DNA of 64,000 bases from positions 4,096,001-4,160,000 of the forward strand of contig OZ252149.1 of NCBI GenBank assembly GCA_965248755.1. The letters are read 5' to 3'. This document shows positions 57,523 through 64,000 of the stretch, one piece after another (within the stretch, counting starts at the first letter, position 1; each line of letters starts with the position of its first letter). This DNA is from Candidatus Latescibacterota bacterium. GTDB taxonomy: Bacteria > Latescibacterota > CBDEFO01. Under the pieces are notes generated by a model. That model was not told where the DNA came from. It saw nothing but the letters and a program-made list of their open reading frames with translations, and did not search any database. A program made the translations under genes and the position numbers.

Positions 57523-58596
57523 ATGCGAATCCTGAGCCGCTACATCGCCCGAGAATTCATAGGATGGCTTTTTGTAGGCCTTACTGCCTTCGTGCTTATA
57601 TTCATAGTAGTCGATTCGGTAGATCACCTCAACAGATTCATGGACAGTGACTTCACAGCGATTAGGGTGGCTAAGTACTATCTGTACTACATCCCCTACA
57701 TTGTGCTCCTGATGCTTCCTATGGTAATGCTCCTTTCGTCGTTATTCTGTTTAGGTGGTATGGCAAGGCAGAACGAACTTGTGGCGATGAAGGCCTCCGG
57801 GATGAGCTTGTATCGCATCTTATCCCCTGTCTTCTTCATAGGCATAATTGCCAGTCTGATCTCTTTAGTCTTTGCCGAAGTCGTAGTCCCGAGGACCAAT
57901 CAGCGGAGGATGGAAATAAGACACGGGACAAGCCGCAGCGACAAATCCAGGACGATCAGAAAGGATGTCTTTCTCTCCGATGGAGACAACCGCCTGGTCT
58001 TTGCCAAGGTCTATGACCCTGTGAATGAGACCGCGGATGATGTCTCCATAGAAGAATACGACGGTTCATCTTTGATAAGGAGAATTACGGGGAAGAAGAT
58101 GTTCTGGAGGGATAACGGATGGGAGGTCACGGAGGGGATAATAAGAGAATTTAGCGGCGAAGAAGAGAATATAACTCAGTTTGAAAGCAGGATCTTAGAG
58201 AACGTTTTGCTTGCCCCTATGGATTTTATAAGGGAATACAAAAAGCCTGAGGAGATGAACTACTTCGAGCTCAAACGATATATAGAAAGAGCCACGAACA
58301 GCGGAAAAGAGGCCGGAAAATGGCTGGTGGACCTCCATCTGAAAATATCGTATCCTCTGACCAATTTCATAATGGTCCTCCTCGGAGCCCCTATGGCTTC
58401 CTCTGTAGGAAGGAGGACTGGAAAGGCTGCAAGTTTCGGGATAACGATCCTGATCTCGTTTGTCTTTTACGGCTTCGTAAAGAGCGCGCAGGCGTTGGGA
58501 CACAACGGCTATCTGCAACCCCTTTTAGCGGCCTGGATAGGGAACATCGTCTTTATAACTATCGGGATTCTATTGTTGGTTAAGACGAGGAAATAG
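57523..58596 (+). CDS. lptG: LPS export ABC permease (LptG/YjgQ family)
   Basis: MRILSRYI, NELVAMKASG, HLKISYP, LAAWIGN. Confidence 0.9.
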   Translation: MRILSRYIAREFIGWLFVGLTAFVLIFIVVDSVDHLNRFMDSDFTAIRVAKYYLYYIPYIVLLMLPMVMLLSSLFCLGGMARQNELVAMKASGMSLYRILSPVFFIGIIASLISLVFAEVVVPRTNQRRMEIRHGTSRSDKSRTIRKDVFLSDGDNRLVFAKVYDPVNETADDVSIEEYDGSSLIRRITGKKMFWRDNGWEVTEGIIREFSGEEENITQFESRILENVLLAPMDFIREYKKPEEMNYFELKRYIERATNSGKEAGKWLVDLHLKISYPLTNFIMVLLGAPMASSVGRRTGKAASFGITILISFVFYGFVKSAQALGHNGYLQPLLAAWIGNIVFITIGILLLVKTRK

Positions 58597-58609
58597 GCAT
58601 CGTTTTTGC

Positions 58610-58639
58610 TTGACATTTTGTGTTATGTTTCCTTATCTT
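58610..58639 (+). promoter_or_regulatory. Possible sigma70-type promoter
   Basis: TTGACA-N18-TATCTT upstream of 58780. Confidence 0.45.
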
Positions 58640-58779
58640 GTGAGTCGTATAACATTACAGATGCCAAAGTTGAATTCTTCTCTGGCATAGCGCTATGTGG
58701 TAGGAAGGTTCAGAATTACAAAACTACATTCGGCTCTCCAACACCTAAATTAACCCTAACACAAAAGGAGGAACTAACC

Positions 58780-59871
58780 GTGAGAACTCTAACAACATTA
58801 ATCGTGCTTTCGGCCGCTGTGCTCTGTATGGGTAATGCCTACGGGGCCATATTCGTGGCTGACAATAACTTGAATGCACCGACAGGGAATAACGTGTTCT
58901 CATCACTGCAGTCGGCTCTTAACGCGGCCCAGGTGGGGGATACAGTGCAGGTGACACCGAGTCCAACTGTTTACGGGAACATAACGATTGACAGAAGATT
59001 GACGGTTTACGGTGGAGGACTTAATCCGGATAAAGATCGTTATCTCCGGTCAGTAGTGGGCACTATCACCTTTAGCAGTAACACGTTATTTCAAACTAAT
59101 GCTTCTGGTACGGTAATATCTGGCCTGCAAGCAGGGGCAGCGACATTTAGCGGCGGGGCACTCAGCAACATAGTCATTGAGAGATGTTGGTTTTATACTG
59201 GGGGGAGGATAAGTAGAAGCTCCGGTTCTTCTGTTGATAGCTTACGAATCAGGAATTGTATTATTGATATTAATAGGGAGACTCCTCTGCTAAATCTTAC
59301 AGGTGGAGCATCAAATTTGGTAATAAGCAACAGTATTTTTTACGACTTTTACAGCGCCGGCTATGGCGGTATAAGTGCAGACAATAATACAGTGATCAGC
59401 AATAATATCTTCATCGCGACAGTGAACACGGACAGACGAGCGTTCGAGAACATTACTGATTGCATAGTTGCGAATAACATCTTCTACGGTGTAAAGCCAA
59501 CCGCTAGGGTTTCAGCTCTGAGAAATGTATTCAATAATAATCTAACCTTCGGAACGAACGCAAATGGCTTACCTCCTGGTGGTGCTACAGGACAGGACAA
59601 TATTGTAAATACCGATCCTTCATTTGAGAATTTTCCTCAGAGTGGGTCTAACAGTTTCTCCTTTGGCTGGGATTTCAACCTGAAAGCCGGTTCTCCGGCG
59701 ATAAGTGCAGGCACTGACGGCACGGATATCGGTATGTTTGGGGGTAGTAATCCTCTTGATTCGTGGCCGCACGTCCTTCCGTCCATTCCGCTCATTCAGG
59801 TGTTCAACGCTTCAAGTGTAGTAAGACAGGGCGGTAATCTAAACGTGAAGGTAAAGGCAAGATCTAATTGA
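58780..59871 (+). CDS. Secreted right-handed beta-helix protein
   Basis: AAGGAGG RBS and GTG; signal peptide; SLQSALNAA..GDTV, ISNNIF repeats, DFNLKAGSPA..AGTDGTDIG.FGG. Confidence 0.85.
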   Translation: MRTLTTLIVLSAAVLCMGNAYGAIFVADNNLNAPTGNNVFSSLQSALNAAQVGDTVQVTPSPTVYGNITIDRRLTVYGGGLNPDKDRYLRSVVGTITFSSNTLFQTNASGTVISGLQAGAATFSGGALSNIVIERCWFYTGGRISRSSGSSVDSLRIRNCIIDINRETPLLNLTGGASNLVISNSIFYDFYSAGYGGISADNNTVISNNIFIATVNTDRRAFENITDCIVANNIFYGVKPTARVSALRNVFNNNLTFGTNANGLPPGGATGQDNIVNTDPSFENFPQSGSNSFSFGWDFNLKAGSPAISAGTDGTDIGMFGGSNPLDSWPHVLPSIPLIQVFNASSVVRQGGNLNVKVKARSN

Positions 59872-59942
59872 TCTGCGGGTTCCACAGAAGTCTTTGGCAT
59901 GTTCATCTTCTTCAAGATTACTACAATTTCAAGATTACTACA

Positions 59943-62900
59943 ATGGACAAATTTAGATTGAAACTGATGCTTGCAGCAGTTATTCTGCTCCTGTGCCAGG
60001 GTCATCTGCACGCGCAGACACCTGATCTTGTGGCGGCAGAATACTTTATTGATGTCGATCCGGGACACGGATTGGGCACTGCTATATCTGTGTCATCTCC
60101 GGATACATCGGTCACGTTCTCAATATCCACAACCGGGTTGAGTACGGGCCTTCATACTCTGCATGTACGGTTTAAGGATGCTAATAACAATTGGAGTATG
60201 ACCGAAGCACGACCGTTTTACATCTACGAAGCTCCCGCAGTGCAGGTAGCTTCGATAGAGGCGGTGGAATATTTTCTGGACGATGATCCTGGTCACGGTC
60301 AGGGGAGTGGATTTACTGTTGGTGTGGGCGATACTGTCGATATTACGGAGCAGATCAGTGCGGCCGGTCTTGCCACCGGTCTTCATACGTTGCACGTGCG
60401 CGCCCGCAGCCAGGATGGCAGGTGGAGTATGACCGAATCGCGGCCGTTTTACATCTACGAAGATCCTACAGTGCAAGTAGCTTCGATAGAGGCGGTGGAA
60501 TATTTTCTGGACGATGATCCTGGTCACGGTCAGGGGAGTGGATTTACTGTAAGTGTGGGCGATACAGTGGATATTACAGAGCAGATCAGTACGGCGAGTC
60601 TTGGAAGCGGTCTTCATACTCTGCATGTGCGCGCCCGCAGTCAAGATGGAATGTGGAGTGTGACTGAATCGCGTCCGTTTTACATCTATGCAGAGGCAGG
60701 AGTGCAGGTAGCTTCGATGGAGGTGGTGGAATATTTCATAGACGATGATCCCGGTCACGGTCTTGCGAGTGGATTTACTGTAGATGTGGGTGATACTGTC
60801 GATATTATGGAGCAGATCAGTGCGGCCGGTCTTGGCACTGGTCTTCATACTCTGCACGTGCGCGGTCGCAATCAAGATGGAATTTGGAGTGTGACCGAAG
60901 CACGGCCGTTCTATATATACTCCCCGCTTGATGTAACCGCGCCGTCACCACTTGTAAGGCTGGAATATTTCTTCAACACCGATCCCGGATTAGGGGCAGG
61001 TGTTGAAATACCTATTTCGCAGGCAGAGTCCGTCAATGTAGGCGTGGGACTTCCTACTGCGGGACTTCCGCTGGATAGTCATACCGTCACTGTGCGGTCG
61101 CAGAATGCGGCTGGGACATGGAGTCAGAGGGAAACTAGATCTTTTAGCATTGCTGCAGGATCGAACGATACGCCGGTGGTGAAGAACACTATCCCTGACC
61201 AAAACATTGACCTGGATGCGGGAGACCCACCATTTGCCCGAGACCTGGTCTCCCCGGATTCCGTGTTTACTGATTCCAACGGTGATGTGCTGGTCTATCA
61301 GGCCAGCAGTTCTGACTCCTCGGTGGTCGTGCCGGGTATTTCAGGGAGCATCCTTACGGTCACGGCCCTGTCGGCGGGCAGCGACACGATCACCGTCGAG
61401 GCAAACGACGGCAACGGCGGGACAGCGCAGACCGCGTTTACGCTCACAGTTACCGGAACGATCGCCTATCCGGTTGTGACATCTATCAATCCCACTTCTG
61501 GCTCAGAATCGGGCGGGACGCATGTAACGATAAGAGGGAGCAATTTCCGGAGCGGAGTGACTGTGACTTTTGGTGATAGCACAGCCACAGGTGTGGTCGT
61601 CGTGTCGCCCGATACCATTACGGCTATAACTCCCGCTCACGCTGTCGGTACTTTGGATTTGATAATCACAAATCCCAGTGGTCTGGCAGACACACTTTTT
61701 GACGGATTTGAGTTTGTTCATTCCCTTTACATAAGCGATCTAAGTGGGATTAATGGCTTGGCCAGTGATGGGATGGACTTTTGGGTTACTGGTAATCTGT
61801 CAGCATCATCTACTCAGAAGCTCTATAAAGTACGTGCCAGCGATCGGGAGCTGGTTACATCTGTAAACATACCCTATTCAGTAGGTGTCGAGCAGCTATC
61901 GGGGGTTGCACACTATAGTGGATATATCTATGTCAGAATTCATCCAAGTGGACTGATCTATCAGTATGATCCCAGCACAGGAACTGTAGACGCTACTTCA
62001 TACACCACACGTACATGGAGTAACGATATGGCCTTTCTGGGATCTGAATTGTGGCAAACACGCGATAATAGCATAGGTGGAGAATTTGAGGTTTACGATC
62101 AAAGTGGACATGAGTTCTTGGGGGAGATAGTCAGGCGTAAGTCTATTGCAAGTGACAGCACATACCTGTACATAGGAGATTATGGAAACCGTAGGCTCTG
62201 GAAGACTACAGGAGATGGGACAGTCGTGTCAGTGGATACAGTAGTATCTCCTTCTGGTTCTCTCCCTCAGTTCCTGACCTATCATAACGGTGGTCTATGG
62301 ACTAATTCAAGTGGTCCGTCTATTGTTGAATTAACATTTGATCTTGTCTCGGTCAGCCTCCCGGACACATCTGTCTTTATCGACCATACTATAGTTTCAG
62401 TTCCCGTCGTTATCGAAGAGGATGTGACAGGGCTTGGAGTCATCTCAGCCCAGATGAATATCAGCTACGATTCAAATGTAATAGAGACAATAGATGTGAC
62501 ATCGGAAGGGACACTGACCCAAGGCTGGACGACGGCTGGCACAGTTGCAACAGGCATCGGAACATCTGTAGACACCGTCAGGATTGCAATGGCAACTGCG
62601 AGAGGCAACGCATTATCGGGGTCGGGCAATCTTGTGCTTATCAAGTTTGCACTTTCCGATTCAGCAGTAATCAGTGATTCCACGGCATTGGTATTTGAGG
62701 AATTCTTCTTCAACGAGGGAGATCCACCGGCAATCACACAGGATGGGTCTGTGCGAATTATCGAAAGGTTGTTAGGGGATGTCACCGGCAACAGACAGGT
62801 AACGGCATTTGATGCCGCTTTGGTGCTTGAACACACAGTCGGTCTCTTTGTAATCTCTGACACCCTGATAGCAGATGTCAGTGGAGACGGCACTATAAGT

Positions 62901-63692
62901 TCCTTTGATGCCTCTTTGATACTCAGGTTCGTCGTCGGGATAATAACTGAGTTTCCCGCCGAAACGGGAGGCATCTCTAAGTCTATACTTGCCGAAAGGA
63001 TTATCAGTTTAGGTGATGTAGAGGCGTTGCCTGATGGACGCTTTGCCGTCGCTGTTCTCATAGACGAAATGGACGGTGTATTATCAGGTCAACTTGAACT
63101 ATCCTTCGATTCCACCAAGCTCAAAGTTTCAGAGGCTATGACATCAGACCTGACATCTGATTATCTTTTCGCCAACAATGCTCAAGATGGCAGGCTAAGG
63201 CTATCGTTTGCCGGGGTAGAATCAGTTGAAGGCAGCGGTAGGATTGCAGAGATTATGTTTGAGTCTATCGGTTCGCAGATTGAGGCTATTGGTGAAATTG
63301 ATCCCGTATTGAATCTATCGGGGATTGCTCTAACCTCTGCTCAATTGAACGAGGGCTTCTTCAGTGTGGTTATTCTCCAATCTGAAGAAGTTTCCGATGT
63401 TCCTGACAGCTATTCATTGCATCAGAACTTCCCCAATCCGTTTAACCCAGAGACGGTGATCCATTACGATCTTCCTGTCCAAAGCCACGTTGAGCTATCT
63501 GTCTATAATATGATAGGACAGAAGGTTGCAACATTGGTAAATGAGCAGATAGACGCAGGAAGCCACTCTGTATTCTGGGATGGCAAAGATGATAGTGGAG
63601 AGAGCCTTGCCAGCGGGCTCTATCTGTATCGCTTGAAAATGGATGGATCGGAAGAATTTGTGAAGATAAGGAAGTTGGTATTGGTGAGATAG
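59943..63692 (+). CDS. Large secreted modular protein: 5x EYFxDxDPG repeats, Ig-like, IPT/TIG, propeller-like, cohesin-dockerin-cohesin, FlgD-Ig/T9SS-type CTD
   Basis: Signal peptide; 231-bp near-identical repeats at 60240, 60471, 60702; GGTHVTIRGSNF; GDVTGN..FDA..ADVSGDG..FDA; QNFPNPFNPET..WDGKD..KLVLVR. Confidence 0.9.
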   Translation: MDKFRLKLMLAAVILLLCQGHLHAQTPDLVAAEYFIDVDPGHGLGTAISVSSPDTSVTFSISTTGLSTGLHTLHVRFKDANNNWSMTEARPFYIYEAPAVQVASIEAVEYFLDDDPGHGQGSGFTVGVGDTVDITEQISAAGLATGLHTLHVRARSQDGRWSMTESRPFYIYEDPTVQVASIEAVEYFLDDDPGHGQGSGFTVSVGDTVDITEQISTASLGSGLHTLHVRARSQDGMWSVTESRPFYIYAEAGVQVASMEVVEYFIDDDPGHGLASGFTVDVGDTVDIMEQISAAGLGTGLHTLHVRGRNQDGIWSVTEARPFYIYSPLDVTAPSPLVRLEYFFNTDPGLGAGVEIPISQAESVNVGVGLPTAGLPLDSHTVTVRSQNAAGTWSQRETRSFSIAAGSNDTPVVKNTIPDQNIDLDAGDPPFARDLVSPDSVFTDSNGDVLVYQASSSDSSVVVPGISGSILTVTALSAGSDTITVEANDGNGGTAQTAFTLTVTGTIAYPVVTSINPTSGSESGGTHVTIRGSNFRSGVTVTFGDSTATGVVVVSPDTITAITPAHAVGTLDLIITNPSGLADTLFDGFEFVHSLYISDLSGINGLASDGMDFWVTGNLSASSTQKLYKVRASDRELVTSVNIPYSVGVEQLSGVAHYSGYIYVRIHPSGLIYQYDPSTGTVDATSYTTRTWSNDMAFLGSELWQTRDNSIGGEFEVYDQSGHEFLGEIVRRKSIASDSTYLYIGDYGNRRLWKTTGDGTVVSVDTVVSPSGSLPQFLTYHNGGLWTNSSGPSIVELTFDLVSVSLPDTSVFIDHTIVSVPVVIEEDVTGLGVISAQMNISYDSNVIETIDVTSEGTLTQGWTTAGTVATGIGTSVDTVRIAMATARGNALSGSGNLVLIKFALSDSAVISDSTALVFEEFFFNEGDPPAITQDGSVRIIERLLGDVTGNRQVTAFDAALVLEHTVGLFVISDTLIADVSGDGTISSFDASLILRFVVGIITEFPAETGGISKSILAERIISLGDVEALPDGRFAVAVLIDEMDGVLSGQLELSFDSTKLKVSEAMTSDLTSDYLFANNAQDGRLRLSFAGVESVEGSGRIAEIMFESIGSQIEAIGEIDPVLNLSGIALTSAQLNEGFFSVVILQSEEVSDVPDSYSLHQNFPNPFNPETVIHYDLPVQSHVELSVYNMIGQKVATLVNEQIDAGSHSVFWDGKDDSGESLASGLYLYRLKMDGSEEFVKIRKLVLVR

Positions 63693-63707
63693 ACTTTGCC
63701 ACTATCT

Positions 63708-63776
63708 GTAGTGTCAGATCAGCGTGTCTGCCCTGATAATGCAGCAGAATCGGGCGAACACATCGGTTCGCCGTAC
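63708..63776. repeat. Family D REP-like paired palindrome (GTAG type)
   Basis: GTAGTGTCAGATCAGCGTGTCTGCCCTG...GGGCGAACACATCGGTTCGCCGTAC. Confidence 0.7.
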
Positions 63777-63790
63777 TTTCATTAGATTAG

Positions 63791-63834
63791 AAAAAAGCCG
63801 ACGCTCAGTTCTGAATGGGTTCGGCTTTCTTATT
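63791..63834 (+). terminator. Probable (bidirectional) intrinsic terminator
   Basis: AAAAAAGCCGA...TCGGCTTTCTTATT. Confidence 0.55.
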
Positions 63835-63871
63835 CTTGCCATGAAGTTTGAGATTCTCCCCACAATTCCTG

Positions 63872-63900
63872 TTGACAGTTAGCAGTTTCATCTGTATATT
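63872..63900 (+). promoter_or_regulatory. Sigma70-type promoter
   Basis: TTGACA-N17-TATATT upstream of ATG 63956. Confidence 0.75.
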
Positions 63901-63955
63901 CCCTCACAAAAGTTGCAAGCCAGGGAATATTTCACTGACGAAGGGAGGACCAACT

Positions 63956-64000
63956 ATGAGGTTAGAGCATAAGATTGCGCTGATTACGGGTGCCGGTTCG
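63956..64000 (+). CDS. SDR family oxidoreductase (5' end only)
   Basis: GGGAGG RBS; MRLEHKIALITGAGS. Confidence 0.8.
   Translation, partial: MRLEHKIALITGAGS

Noticed and set aside
1..64000. tRNA or rRNA genes
   Set aside because: No cloverleaf with T-loop and acceptor stem and no rRNA-like sequence seen by eye in the intergenic gaps

Overview
64 kb of a diderm bacterial chromosome (lpxB, lptFG). SprA, FlgD-Ig-type C-terminal sorting domains and canonical TTGACA/TATAAT-type sigma70 promoters suggest a non-Bacteroidota FCB lineage such as Latescibacterota or KSB1 (inference). Bases 1-20.4 kb are a minus-strand respiratory supra-operon: nuoA-CD-E-F-[HAD]-H-J-K-L-[pseudogene]-M-[ion antiporter]-N runs directly into atpZ-I-B-E-F-H-A-G. 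nuoB, nuoG and nuoI are absent from it, NuoJ carries an inserted secretin-N0/STN-like domain, and NuoF and the c subunit have unusual motifs. The middle holds metabolic genes, moaC/mog, an LRR lipoprotein, a complete IS3 element, mazG, lpxB, a sirtuin, several pseudogenes, rtcA and orphan HicB-like genes. The right end has sprA-pilM-pilN/O, lptFG and two secreted proteins. The most striking non-coding signal is a nested repeat hierarchy: GTAGACA-heptamer ends enclose CGTC-type palindromes, which enclose a 21-bp palindrome CCCCGATTGAATCTATCGGGG. That 21-mer behaves like an ultra-small insertion element: it has short flanking duplications, nests within itself, keeps one orientation, and one copy sits in frame inside a CDS. 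No tRNA, rRNA or CRISPR array was seen.
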